From: Candidatus Bathyarchaeia archaeon
Lineage (GTDB): Archaea > Thermoproteota > Bathyarchaeia > Bathyarchaeales > Bathycorpusculaceae
DNA length: 64,000 nt
NCBI GenBank assembly: GCA_038882975.1
Contig: JAVZNE010000001.1
Span: 64,001-128,000, forward strand
Direction: 5' to 3'
The notes beneath the pieces were generated by a model. The model was not told where the DNA came from. It worked only from the letters and a program-made list of their open reading frames with translations, and searched no databases. Positions 47,360-58,700 of this stretch are shown here, in pieces. Every line of letters starts with the position of its first letter. Position 1 is the stretch's first letter. The translations under genes and the position numbers were made by a program.

Positions 47360-49084
47360 TTATCCTCCTCCCGTAGATCCTAGGAGCATAGGCACGAGTT
47401 CCGCGGCTAGAGCGGCTATTATTACCAGTATGGCGGCGTGTTTAAAGCCTGCGGCCACAGATTCCTCGCTTATTTTGCCAGCCACTATGCCTATCAAATA
47501 GCTGTGGAAAATCACAGCTGTGGTGAAAACAATTTTTATGCCCGTCATATCTGATGCTGGACTGCCTCCGGCAACTTGCTGTGTGGCGGTGGCAAAGTTT
47601 AGCATCATAACAGTTGTTGCCACCAAGAGAATTGCGGCGAAGTAGGGCATCATCATGTAGGGGCGTGTGGCCATCTTCTTCTCCTTCTCAACCTCCTGCG
47701 TCAGGTTGTTAAACCTTGCAAGAGATTCTATCATGGCTATTGTACCGCCACCCACATCTATCGTTTCTACAAGAAGGAACATGACAAGCTGGGCTAGCCA
47801 GCTTTTCGTGCGCTTAACAAAGTCCATAATAACCTTCCTAACGGGAACACCCCATGAGATTTCTGAGCTTATTTTACGCAGTTCCTTGCTGAAAACTCCA
47901 TAATCACGGTTTGATAGGCTTTCTATGCATTTCTCCGGCGACAAGCCAGTCTTCCTAACCTCTGTCAAGTCCCTCAGGAAGCTGTTGATTCCCTGCTCCA
48001 TGCTTGCCCTATAACTGCTAACCTTATGGTAAACTATGGCTGCAGGAGCTGTCATAACGAAGAGGGCTATTGCTATAGCCGTCGGCAAGTCTACAAGTTT
48101 TTGGATCAGGCTGAGAAACGGAACTTCTATAAGACCTAAGAAGTTGGTCAGCAATAATAGCAATATTATACCGAATATGCTGCATATTCCGAAAACCTTG
48201 TAGGGGCGCATGTCAACAACTGGTGTTTTCGGCTGCATGCTGTGCGCCAAATAAATGAAGACCAGCGAAAGCATAGGCGTGAATATGTATGTATAAAGGA
48301 TTATGCCAGACTGCATTGAAACTCCTCCGCCTCCACCACTAACGCCTGGCATGCTTTCCACGGCGAAGAGAATGAAGAAGCACATGGACATTAGAACCAT
48401 GACGATTATGAAGGTTTCTAGGAGCATTCCAAGCCTTTCGGCAGCAGCCTTAACACGCATAGCCCTAGTCTTGAAGATGTCCTCAGCCTTTCTCTCAAGG
48501 AAGTGTCCAATGTCCCCGCCTATTATGACTGTTGAGGCGTAGCCAGCCAAAAAGTCTTTAAAAATATCCAAGGGGTTTCTCTTAGCCGCGTTTTCAATCG
48601 CTGTCAATGGGTCTATTCCGAAGATTTCCACGTCCTTTATTATTTCTCTGGCTTCGCTCCGCATGGCTGGCATCAGCTCAACTTCGGTTAACCGCTTAAA
48701 ACTCGTGTATGGTGCTATGCCACCGGAAGCCATAACGCTGATGTAGGCGGCTACGAAGGGCATCTCTCTTTCCAAGTTTGCAGCTCTCTCACCAGCCTTT
48801 GACAATGGTATTAGGAAAAATCCTATCATCACATAAATTGGAAATGGAACGAGGAATATTGCTGGCAGAAAACCGAAAAAGTACAATACTATTATAGATA
48901 TTATGGTTACTGGTATTGTTAGAACCGATACAAAAAGCATCAGTGAAACATAGGTTTCAGGGTAAATTTTGATTTTCGCCCTTTCCAAATAGTCTTTGAA
49001 CTCAACAACATGCCTTAGAAAGAAGGGTGCTGCCCTTCCGAAAATGCGGAATGACCATGCCTCAAGGGTTTCTAGAAACGGCAA
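47360..49084 (-). CDS. Type IV pilus membrane platform protein (two T2SSF domains, TadC/ArlJ-like)
   Basis: LEREMPF..YISVMASGG, FLRDLTEVRKTGLS, ISWGVP, ETIDVGGG, GIVAGKISE. Confidence 0.9.
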   Translation of the reverse strand: MPFLETLEAWSFRIFGRAAPFFLRHVVEFKDYLERAKIKIYPETYVSLMLFVSVLTIPVTIISIIVLYFFGFLPAIFLVPFPIYVMIGFFLIPLSKAGERAANLEREMPFVAAYISVMASGGIAPYTSFKRLTEVELMPAMRSEAREIIKDVEIFGIDPLTAIENAAKRNPLDIFKDFLAGYASTVIIGGDIGHFLERKAEDIFKTRAMRVKAAAERLGMLLETFIIVMVLMSMCFFILFAVESMPGVSGGGGGVSMQSGIILYTYIFTPMLSLVFIYLAHSMQPKTPVVDMRPYKVFGICSIFGIILLLLLTNFLGLIEVPFLSLIQKLVDLPTAIAIALFVMTAPAAIVYHKVSSYRASMEQGINSFLRDLTEVRKTGLSPEKCIESLSNRDYGVFSKELRKISSEISWGVPVRKVIMDFVKRTKSWLAQLVMFLLVETIDVGGGTIAMIESLARFNNLTQEVEKEKKMATRPYMMMPYFAAILLVATTVMMLNFATATQQVAGGSPASDMTGIKIVFTTAVIFHSYLIGIVAGKISEESVAAGFKHAAILVIIAALAAELVPMLLGSTGGG

Positions 49085-50690
49085 CAGCCTTCACCTCCTC
49101 CCCTGCGAGAACCTTCTCATAGAACTGTTTTGGACGAGCATAGTATTCAGCTATTATTGCGGCTACGTCTCTGTAGCTTCTTATGTTGCGTTCCCGCATC
49201 CAGTGCAGAATCTGTTTGCGCCTATCAATTTCCTCCAGCAAGTCCTTCTTGCTTAAGCCTAAACGCTCTGAAATCCCAGCCAGCATTATGCTCTTGTTCA
49301 GCGATGGCAAGTGCTCATCTTTCACTGGGTGCCACTTGAACGTGCATCGGTAATCCTCGTAGTCCGCTATCTCGTTAACGTTCATTACACGCCTGTAGGC
49401 TTTCCTCTCGCCGGACTTTTGCAAGTGCACCCTCTGCACTGACAAGACAATGTTCATCAGTGGAATGTAGGCCGGCGCAATGTCCATTGGCTTCTGGGTT
49501 AAACGTTTTATGGCAGAGTCTAGGTTTTCAGCGTGCATTGTGCACATGCCGCCGTGACCAGTGGCAAGCGCTTGGAAAAGCACGTAGGCTTCTTGTCCCC
49601 TAACCTCGCCCACTATGAGCACGTCTGGGCGATGCCTCATAGAGGTTTTAACGAGGTCGAAGAGGGTTACCTCGCCAACGCTGCTTCCGCCAAGCCCATA
49701 ACTTTGTCTGGCTATTAGGGAAACCCAGTTTTCGTGGGGGAGGTTAAGCTCCGCCGTCTCCTCTATAGTTATTATTTTGCTTCCAGGCCTGATCAAGCAT
49801 GCCAAAGCGTTTAGGGCTGTTGTTTTCCCGGCTGCCGTTCCTCCCAAAACCATTATGGAGGCTCTGTTTTCTAGGCACAGCCAGAAGTAGGCGGCCATCT
49901 CCTCGGAAAATGTGCCGAGGTTTATGAGGTCTACTATTGAGTAGGGGTCCTCCCTAAACTTCCTAATTGTGAAGGCTGTGCCGAAGGGCGTAATTTCACG
50001 CCTATAACAGACTGCAAGCCTATGCTTCCCGGGAAGTGAGGCATCTACAATTGGGAAGGCTGAGCTTACGTGTTTGCCAGCCATGTGGACAAGCTTAACA
50101 ACCATGTTGTCAAGTTCTTCGTCGTTTTCAAATTCCAGGTTTGTCTCAATGCTCTCGTAGTTTCTGTGCCAAACATATACTGGCTTGTTCACACCGTCAC
50201 ATGAAATATCCTCAATGTTTGGGTCCCGCATCAGTGGGTCGATTCTCCCAAAACCTACAAGGTCTCTCTCGGCGTGATAGAGAATCTTGTACCATGAAAC
50301 GTCTGGAAGCCATCCTAGGCTTATGCGGTACTTGTCAACAATCTTTTTTGCTTCTTCGGCGAAGAACTTTCTCGGGTCTAATATTTCCTCTTTAGGAGAC
50401 TCTATTTCGGCGAGGAGTATCTCAAGGATGCGGTTGTAAACACTCCTTTCCAATGGGTCGAGCTGCAACTCGTCTAGAATGTACTTGTACTCGCCGGTTT
50501 TTGGATTTTGAACTATGGCTACGTGGGCGAAGGGTTCGTAGAGCGGGTATCTCTCCACAACTTTGAAGCCTTTTGGGATCGGCTTTGGCGGGGGCGGTGG
50601 GATAGCCACTTTTTTGGGCTTTCCAATGTTGACTTTTATCCTTATTTTCTTGATTTTTGCGAGTTTTTCTTTGAGGCGTAGTTTGGTCAT
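49062..50690 (-). CDS. Type IV pilus assembly ATPase (VirB11/TadA/ArlI family)
   Basis: DPNIEDISCDG, FTIRKF, GGTAAGKTT, IEETAEL, RHRPDVLIVGEVRG, TGHGGMCTMHA. Confidence 0.95.
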   Translation of the reverse strand: MTKLRLKEKLAKIKKIRIKVNIGKPKKVAIPPPPPKPIPKGFKVVERYPLYEPFAHVAIVQNPKTGEYKYILDELQLDPLERSVYNRILEILLAEIESPKEEILDPRKFFAEEAKKIVDKYRISLGWLPDVSWYKILYHAERDLVGFGRIDPLMRDPNIEDISCDGVNKPVYVWHRNYESIETNLEFENDEELDNMVVKLVHMAGKHVSSAFPIVDASLPGKHRLAVCYRREITPFGTAFTIRKFREDPYSIVDLINLGTFSEEMAAYFWLCLENRASIMVLGGTAAGKTTALNALACLIRPGSKIITIEETAELNLPHENWVSLIARQSYGLGGSSVGEVTLFDLVKTSMRHRPDVLIVGEVRGQEAYVLFQALATGHGGMCTMHAENLDSAIKRLTQKPMDIAPAYIPLMNIVLSVQRVHLQKSGERKAYRRVMNVNEIADYEDYRCTFKWHPVKDEHLPSLNKSIMLAGISERLGLSKKDLLEEIDRRKQILHWMRERNIRSYRDVAAIIAEYYARPKQFYEKVLAGEEVKAVAVSRNP

Positions 50691-50749
50691 GTGTCTTCTC
50701 CTGTACTTATGTTATATATCTATACACTTTGGTTATTAAATATTACGTC

Positions 50750-53719
50750 TTACGAAACGCTACCTTCCTCTTCTTCACCAAACGAAACTTGAATAACCCC
50801 CAGCTTCACCAATACAACAATGACGACTACAAGCAACACTGGAATAAGCACAAGCAAAATCGTCAACCAAGGTATCCCTCCAGCCTCAGGAACAACATTA
50901 AAGAAGGCACAGTTCGGCAAGTGAACACTGTTATACCCTACTTTGGCTACATCCACAGTAATGCTCACATTCAAAGTCCTAGTTGTTTTGGGAGCAAGAA
51001 TAGCCAATTCACAATAACCATTAACATCTGTGAACAAAACCATTGGAGTGAAGCCGTCAATGGTGACTGTTACAGTGACGTTTGCGTTAGCAACAGGTCT
51101 ATCACCACATGTGACGTAAACGACAACTCTTGAGAATTCCCCAGGCTTAACAACGGATGGAACCGTATAAACGATAACTGTTAAGTTTCCGGGCTTTGCC
51201 ATAAGCAAAAGCATGTCATGGTTTTCAGCATAGCCATCTTTGCTGGCTGTTGCAGTGATGGCAATCACCATATTATGGGGAATAGCCGTCATGTTGAAGG
51301 TAAATGTTACATTGCCATCATCGTTTGTGAAGGCGGTTAAAGGCGAGAGTCCTGAAACGTTAAAGGATAACGTTACACTGGCGTTAGATATGGGAGCTCC
51401 GTCATACTCCACGTGAACAAACACATTGATTTCCTCTTCGGAAACCGTAACATTGCGGTCTGCGGTTACATGAACAACCAGAACTTTAGGCATAATCCTA
51501 ATAACAGTCCAGTTTGCACCACTAACGTATCCATCCTTTGTTGCATTGGCAATTATATCCGCAGTAATGTTAACAGTTGTTTTTGGCGCTGTGAAAGTGA
51601 ATGTTGCCATACCACTTGAATCGGTCATGACAGACGCTTGATCAAAACTTCCGTAATTAGCGGACAGAGAAACATTGGCATCTGGGACGGGTTCACTCTC
51701 CCAATAGACAAGAACAGATATCTGTGTAGATTCCTCCGATAGAATAGCTTCTGCTCCTCGATAAATTACTACATCAAGTTCCCTAGGTAGCAATTCAACT
51801 ACACACGTATCGAAGCCTTTTGCATACATATCCTTGAAGGCTTCAACTCGTATTGTTAGTGTTGAATACTCATAAACCAAAGGTGCAGTAAACTCAAATA
51901 TGGCTGTTCCATTAATGTCTGTAAGTCCTTCATCAACAAACGAATCGTTCATAAACAACTGCAAGTGGACATCTGCAACAGGCTCTTTGTAAGCATCGGT
52001 TACATTCACTGCCACCATTATTGATTCTTCAGAGAAAAGTTTCTCGCGGTTAGGCTTTAACGCAACATTCAATGGCGGAAGAACCCTTAAATATTTATAG
52101 TCTGAACCATCTGCATATCCATCCATTGAAGCTCTGGCTATAACTCTTAGTTCTGTGACATCTTTAACGTTTGGAGCAAGAAAAGTTATTGTGGAATATC
52201 CCGAGGAATTTGTTGAGCTGGTAAGGTTCGCGAAGAAACCCTTTGCAACCGCGAACAATGTTACATTAGCCGAATCTACTGGGCGGGTGCCGTTCGTAAC
52301 ATAAACTGTGGCCGAAACTGTGGTATTATAGTCAACTATATAGTTGCTAAGGGTTAATTTAACTTCCAATGGTGGAAGATTCACAACTCTTATAATTGTT
52401 GAGGTGACATTGCCTGTCACGTTAAAGTCGTCTCTAACTTGTAAAGTTGCGTTATACTCACCAGTCGAGTTGTATGAATGGAAGAAAATCGATAATGTTG
52501 TCCATCCGCTGGTTATGCCATCTCCAAAGTCGTATAGGTAGTAGTCAACCCGTCCATGCTCGTCAATATCATACGAGTTGGTGCCGACAAATGTAACATT
52601 TTGCCCAAGCGCCACAGTTAATTTATCTGTCCAAAGAACAGCCCTTGGCGGATTATTCTTATAGTCTATTGAGGCGGATAAGAAGAATATGAAGTGTACG
52701 TTAGTTGCACTGCCGTTTATAGGGTTACCTTTGCCCTGGGGGTTAAGCGACTCATGGTAGGGTCCGCTCCAATGACCCCAATAGTTATATGTCGCAGTTA
52801 CGGTGGCGTTGCCAACATCTATACCGCATGTATTATTGCAGATATCGTTGAAGTGAGCCTCGTGGATTCCTCCATTATAGAAAATTCCGGCTTTACTGTT
52901 GTTGTGAATGTAGTTCCATCTTATAATTGTCGTGCTGTTTGCGGAAACGTAAAAGCCATAAACATTTGAGTACGCTTTGTTTCTCTCTATGTTAAAATTC
53001 TCCACGCTATACTCTTCCATACCTAACTTTATCCCGTTCAAGTTATGGGCTACAATGTTTCGTGAAATGTTGATGCTCGAGATGAGATTTCCTGCTAAGG
53101 TTATGCCGTTTTCATTAAATTCGATGGTGTTGACTTCTACCTGGGCATTGCCTCCTAATATATAAATGCCACTTGCGGTATTGTTGTAGATTGAGTTATG
53201 TGCAACAGTTATTGAGCCATTCAATACCACTACCCCGTTTTCAGAGTTTAAGCGTACAATACTTTTTTGAACTGTTAGTTCGCCATTCGCTATTGTTGTG
53301 CCGTTTGCCCCATACTCTATTATGCAGTTCTCCAGCAGTGAAGGAGGTTGACCGGTTCCGTTAAAATAGAGGGTTCTCCAGTCTCCAGGTTCAGGTTCCT
53401 CCTTGTTGGAGGTGAATTTTATTAGCCTATTAAATTCCGATGTCCCTTTTGCAATGAGTCTGCCATTAACGATTATGGAAAAGTTCCCGCCAAATCTTAC
53501 CTCAACGCCCGGTTCAATGGTCAGTGTTACGTTTTCACGGATAGTTACGTTTCCAGAGAGGATGAAGGGGCTGTCAACAAGGGTCCAAACTGTATCCGTT
53601 GTGATTTCTCCCTCAACATAAGTTGCCTTCACAGCTGGAAACATGTTGTTAAACGGGATTATGGTCAAACCGAAAACTATGACAAGGATTAAGGCCAGGA
53701 TTTTCCTTTTGCTCTTCAT
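50750..53719 (-). CDS. Large membrane-anchored surface adhesin (beta-helix, PKD, about 5 Ig-like repeats, C-terminal TM)
   Basis: Signal peptide; TLTIEPGVEV and Asn/Gly beta-helix repeats; YDFGDG PKD; repeated PV..ANV.L..TD.NG...F.AP..A.K.GY; TM followed by acidic tail. Confidence 0.82.
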   Translation of the reverse strand: MKSKRKILALILVIVFGLTIIPFNNMFPAVKATYVEGEITTDTVWTLVDSPFILSGNVTIRENVTLTIEPGVEVRFGGNFSIIVNGRLIAKGTSEFNRLIKFTSNKEEPEPGDWRTLYFNGTGQPPSLLENCIIEYGANGTTIANGELTVQKSIVRLNSENGVVVLNGSITVAHNSIYNNTASGIYILGGNAQVEVNTIEFNENGITLAGNLISSINISRNIVAHNLNGIKLGMEEYSVENFNIERNKAYSNVYGFYVSANSTTIIRWNYIHNNSKAGIFYNGGIHEAHFNDICNNTCGIDVGNATVTATYNYWGHWSGPYHESLNPQGKGNPINGSATNVHFIFFLSASIDYKNNPPRAVLWTDKLTVALGQNVTFVGTNSYDIDEHGRVDYYLYDFGDGITSGWTTLSIFFHSYNSTGEYNATLQVRDDFNVTGNVTSTIIRVVNLPPLEVKLTLSNYIVDYNTTVSATVYVTNGTRPVDSANVTLFAVAKGFFANLTSSTNSSGYSTITFLAPNVKDVTELRVIARASMDGYADGSDYKYLRVLPPLNVALKPNREKLFSEESIMVAVNVTDAYKEPVADVHLQLFMNDSFVDEGLTDINGTAIFEFTAPLVYEYSTLTIRVEAFKDMYAKGFDTCVVELLPRELDVVIYRGAEAILSEESTQISVLVYWESEPVPDANVSLSANYGSFDQASVMTDSSGMATFTFTAPKTTVNITADIIANATKDGYVSGANWTVIRIMPKVLVVHVTADRNVTVSEEEINVFVHVEYDGAPISNASVTLSFNVSGLSPLTAFTNDDGNVTFTFNMTAIPHNMVIAITATASKDGYAENHDMLLLMAKPGNLTVIVYTVPSVVKPGEFSRVVVYVTCGDRPVANANVTVTVTIDGFTPMVLFTDVNGYCELAILAPKTTRTLNVSITVDVAKVGYNSVHLPNCAFFNVVPEAGGIPWLTILLVLIPVLLVVVIVVLVKLGVIQVSFGEEEEGSVS

Positions 53720-53900
53720 ATGGATGCATCCATATATTGTGGTTAAGCTATCCTTTCGCCAAGGCTTGCTTAAGCATTATGAATTAAAAATAAAACTTGA
53801 AAATCCATCGTGAAAGTCTGTCTTAGAAGTTATTTAAAAGCAAGAGTTTTAACATAGAGAAGGCACATCATTTAGGAAAACATGAAAGCTGGCATAAACT

Positions 53901-54674
53901 TTGAAGGAGTTTAAGGCTATAGCCCTTGAAGGCTTCCCCCTAATAAAACCCGGAGACAACATAGCTAAGATAATTGTTGAAACTGCAGAGGGAAATGGCT
54001 TAGAAATTGAGGATGGAGACATAATCGTTATTGCTCAAAAAATTTTTTCGAAAGCTGAGGGAAGAATAGTTAACCTCAAAGAAGTTGTCCCATCCGAAAA
54101 GGCCAGGAAAATCGCCAGAAAAACGGGTAAAAGCCCGAAGTTTGTGGAGCTTGTCTTGAGGGAAACAAAGGAGGTCATAAAGGCCTCCAGCGAAATATTA
54201 CTTGTTGAAGATGCCAGAGATATAGTTTGCATAAATGCTGGAATAGACAAGTCAAACATTGAAGGCGAAAGCAACTTTGCACTTCTCCCCGAAGACCCAG
54301 ACGCCTCAGCGGAAAAATGTCGAAAAGAAATAAAAAAGTTGACTGGGAAAAATGTGGCGGTAATAATATGTGATACTTATAGCCGACCTTTCAGGCGTGG
54401 ACAAGTAAACTTTGCCATAGGCTTGGCTGGAATAAAACCTTTCAAAGACTATAGGGGCAAAAGGGACCTCTACGGTTACATGTTGAAAGTTAAGAATGTA
54501 GCCGTTGTCGATGAAATCGCCGCTGCAGCGGAACCCCTCATGGGACAGGGCGAGGAAGCAACGCCTGTGGTGATTTTTAAGGGATTAAGGGGCTTTGTGG
54601 AATTCTGCGAAAAATCAAGCGCAAAGGAGCTGAAAATAGGAAAGGACGAGGACCTGTTTAGAGGGGCTTTGTAA
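53901..54674 (+). CDS. cofE: Coenzyme F420:L-glutamate ligase (second paralog)
   Basis: GFPLIKPGDNI, QKIFSKAEG, NAGIDKSN, LPEDPD, DTYSRPFRRG, DYRGKRDLYG. Confidence 0.9.
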   Translation: MKEFKAIALEGFPLIKPGDNIAKIIVETAEGNGLEIEDGDIIVIAQKIFSKAEGRIVNLKEVVPSEKARKIARKTGKSPKFVELVLRETKEVIKASSEILLVEDARDIVCINAGIDKSNIEGESNFALLPEDPDASAEKCRKEIKKLTGKNVAVIICDTYSRPFRRGQVNFAIGLAGIKPFKDYRGKRDLYGYMLKVKNVAVVDEIAAAAEPLMGQGEEATPVVIFKGLRGFVEFCEKSSAKELKIGKDEDLFRGAL

Positions 54675-54685
54675 CGCCCTTATTT

Positions 54686-55324
54686 TCACCACTTCATGAG
54701 GAGGAATGGGTTATTCCGCTTTTCCTCCCCAATTGTTGTTGTTGGACCATGCCCGGGATAAACCTTAAAATCGTCAGGCAAGCTTGCCAGCTTCTTTAAT
54801 GATTCTTTCATGTCTGATTCTGAGCTTTGTGGGAGGTCTGTCCTTCCAATGGAGCCGGCAAATAAGGTGTCACCAGTGAACACTTCATTTTCGCCTATTA
54901 GGGATATGCTTCCGGGACTGTGCCCAGGCGTGTGCATAACTTTTAGGGCTATTTCGCCGAACTTCACGTGATCTCCGTCTTTTAGGGTTGTGTCTGCTGA
55001 TGGCGAAGAACTGTTAAAGCCGAAGAATTTTGCGATCACCTTGCCAAGGGTTCCGAGCATGAAGGCATCCTTCTCATGAACCAAAATGGGTGTTTGAAAC
55101 TTTCTTTTAATTATTCCGTTCCCGCATATGTGGTCTGGGTGACCGTGAGTATTCACAACAAATTTTAGCTTTAAGGCGTTTTCCTCGATAAACTTGAATA
55201 TTTTCTCGGCTTCGGATGTGTTATCAAATCCCGGGTCGATGATTATGGCTTCTTTGGATTCTTGGCATGCCAAAATGTAACAGTTTGTGAAGAGCCTGCC
55301 AACAGTGAACATTTGGATTATCAT
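54686..55324 (-). CDS. MBL-fold hydrolase (glyoxalase II-like)
   Basis: TNCY, IIDPG, THGHPDH, HTPGHSPG, FTGDTLF, PGHG; start likely ATG 55324. Confidence 0.9.
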   Translation of the reverse strand: MIIQMFTVGRLFTNCYILACQESKEAIIIDPGFDNTSEAEKIFKFIEENALKLKFVVNTHGHPDHICGNGIIKRKFQTPILVHEKDAFMLGTLGKVIAKFFGFNSSSPSADTTLKDGDHVKFGEIALKVMHTPGHSPGSISLIGENEVFTGDTLFAGSIGRTDLPQSSESDMKESLKKLASLPDDFKVYPGHGPTTTIGEEKRNNPFLLMKW

Positions 55325-55421
55325 TTCTGAACAGCCTTTTGAAAGGCATTTCATCTAATAAACTTTGTTGGGTTCGTGTCTGCGGAGAATATTCCAGTTC
55401 TGATAGTAACTCATAAATTCG

Positions 55422-55664
55422 ATGGCGCACACATTTATTTTGGAGATTGGAGAAGCCTTGAAGTTAGATGAAATCTTAGCCGTGGCAAGCAAGTTTAATG
55501 TATGTCCAAAATGTAATTCTAGGGAAGGTTTTTGGCTTGGGATAAGGCGCAACCATGCTTATGTCCAATGCAAGGGTTGTGGAGCGAACTTTGAGCTTTT
55601 TGAGGTTTTCGCCGTAGGCGAGAGGGGAGAAGCGCCTAAACATTTGAAATTTTTTAGGAAATGA
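55422..55664 (+). CDS. Small zinc-ribbon protein
   Basis: CPKC...CKGC. Confidence 0.65.
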   Translation: MAHTFILEIGEALKLDEILAVASKFNVCPKCNSREGFWLGIRRNHAYVQCKGCGANFELFEVFAVGERGEAPKHLKFFRK

Positions 55665-55791
55665 AATGTGAAGTGTTGGATTAAATTTTTGTTCTGATGT
55701 CTTTCTTGGTTTTTATTCTAATTCTGAGTCAGAACCTCTAAAAAATTTTTAATAAACGTGCCAACCTCTCCATACGTGACCCAAAAGAGGA

Positions 55792-58700
55792 ATGAAAATG
55801 GAAAAAAGGAAAAAGCTATTTGCGTTATTGGCAACAATAATAATTGCAACAGCAGCCCTTACGCCAATGCTTTTTGTAACTGTAATAGCCGCAGACCCGA
55901 CAAGTTGGTACACCAAAGTTAATGGTGTTTTGACAAGCGACTACTATTCATTGTATCCGTTTACAACTAAGAGCATAGACTTTGGGCTTTCGAAGTTTGG
56001 CGAAATGATAGACTACCCGGTTACAACAGGCGTGGGTGTCGGTCTACAATATCCTGGTTATGACAGTGTTGGAACGTACGACCAGAAAGCTGGGACGTCT
56101 AGAGACCCCTTCGCCAATGAATATATTGATCCTAAGCTTTGGCTGAACGGTTGGCTTATTGACATTAAGTACACCCATAGAACTTATAGGGATAGGCGGG
56201 TTCTTGCAATGGCAATGTTCGCCGACATGGCCGCCTACGGAGGAGACTGGCTGGTTGGTCACCCATACCCGTTTAATTTGGCGCCTCATGGCGGGAGGAA
56301 GACAACAGGCTACGCCTACACAGAACCATTAACAGTGTTATATAATGGGCCTAGGCGTTATGTAGCCCTTTCAGTAACTCATCTCTACGACTGGTTTGAC
56401 AGCGACCAAGATAATGTTGTTGATCATCCAGATGAAACATGGCCAATCGTTGATGTTGTATTGACCTTCATTTTTGAGAAGGTTAAGAAGCAGGTTATAA
56501 TCTTCAAAGATATTAAGCAAGTGATTACTGGCAAGGAACTTGAATCTCCGCTTGACATACAGTTCAGCAACAGAGAAGAGTGGGACCTTGGCCCGCCGCC
56601 AGGCTACGGAAGCTACGCCCACTTCTTCCATCAAGAGCTTACAACGTGTTATGGCTCTGAATGGCATCTTGCACCCGGTATAATGCGAGAATGGATAGAG
56701 GATGGCTATGCCCTAGACGAGGTTCCAGTGGAGAAGGACGGTTATGGTGGTCCAATAGTTGCAGGTTCTGTGCGGGTTTATGTGAATGGGGTCTTCAAGG
56801 AGGAAGGAACCCACTACAACATCAACTATACTACTGGCGAGATTACTTGGCATATATCTATACGCCAAACAGATTGGGTTACCGTTGTATACAAGCTATG
56901 GAAATATGAGGATGGAACACGTTTAACTGGTGTTCCCCACTATTATGATGTTGCCCAGATAATTAGCAGCGACCTAAAATATGTGGGTTGGAAAGCCTTT
57001 TGGCCGACTCTTTCTGACTACAGCGTTGATGCGTGGGACAAATCGCTTCAGCCTCTAATATGGGTTGATGATGAGGACATGGTACCAGCTACAAGCGAGC
57101 CTGACATACCTTTCGTTGTCGGCGAATGGGACTTCATGCTAGGAAAAGGCTACCCATCCCAGTTCAGAGGAGTCGAAGTGGTAGGCTTAACAGACTATCA
57201 TGACGCAGACGACCCACAACTAGGCGGCGAAGCGTTGCTTGACATTGAAGTCAAATACCAATTAGAGGAAGTTTTTAATCCGTGGAGTCTGGTGGATGCC
57301 GTTGAAAAGTATACTGAACGCTGGGTCCAATTCTATACGGTGAAAGCAGCGGATGTAGGTAAAGACCTAAACATAATATTGGAGCATAAGCCAGTGTTAA
57401 AAGCAACACCATGGGAAGAATACTGCAGCTTCAGTGAAAGGGTCCTATGGGGAGGAGCCCTCAAGATTCCAATACGTGCAGTAGCCACAACATACCACTA
57501 CGAACTATACGTGGACGAAAATGGAACAGGCAGAATATACATACCAGCCAGCAAAGTGCCGCCAGCGGGAACGGAAATCAAAATACTCTATTCCACCCAG
57601 ACTTGGTGGTTTGGTCCAGCACAAGTTGTTTTGTACAGAGGAACTTTCACAAACGAACCTCTAAGAGCAGGCCCAATAACATTGTTGGATGAAGAGGACA
57701 TAAGCAAGGTTATCGGACCAGACGGTTTAGGCGCTAAATGGAGCTTCCTCATCGAAAACTTGACAGTAACGGTGGCAAACGAAACTGACAGCGCTGAAAG
57801 TGGAATGCTTGATGTGGAAATACCGACAGGTCCATACGTAAACTTTAAAGTGTTTAAGAATCAAACCGCTTATCTCATAGGATTAAACTACAAACATGAA
57901 TTTGCAAACCAAACAGCACCAACAGGCTTATGGATAAATGCAACCATTGACGCCATAGGTTACGACGTTACCGCACCACCGCTGAAAGATCTCCACGTGT
58001 TTGTCTTCAAGCCGACAATACATATAAGCATAACAGCCACAACCAATGGAACCCACTGCAACGCAACCATAACAGTAACTGTTGAGGATCCACAAATTGT
58101 GGGAGAAGACCAGCTGCCAATATACATAGAATATGTTGGAGGACGCTACGAGTGGGTAACTGTTGGAAGAGACGCCCACTCAGCCGACTCGATAGGCGCC
58201 TCACTCGTTTCAGCGGCCTTCAAGAATAAACAGGTGGAGATTGGAAATGCAGGCTTCGACATGATGTTCCAGGAATATGCCCTAACAAGCATACCATACC
58301 TCCTACACAAGTTTAGCGGAACAGGGACAGGATGGCCGCCCAACTACAAGGACAGCATCTACAGAATAGCCTTAAGAGACGACTGGTGCCACACATGGCC
58401 AATAGCCAGCTCTAATGTAATTGGGGTTGGAGGCCCACTAGCAAACCATATAGCTGAATACTTCAACGACTTCACAGACGCCTTCTACGGACTCAACACA
58501 GTGGAAGCTCCCTTCACACCATATGCTCCATGGGTTAACAAAATAATCGCACTATCATGCTGGAGCAAAGACACGTACAGCGGCAACGCAACTGTTGGCT
58601 ACGCGGTCATCGCCACATACAAAGATATAAACGGAACAGTTGGCTTCCTAGTCTGGGGAATCAGCGCTAGAGACACCTTCTACGCCTCAAAGTTCTTCCA

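Noticed and set aside
39597-50690. Archaellum operon
   Set aside because: No archaellin, ArlF/G/H or chemotaxis genes; the content fits a pilus
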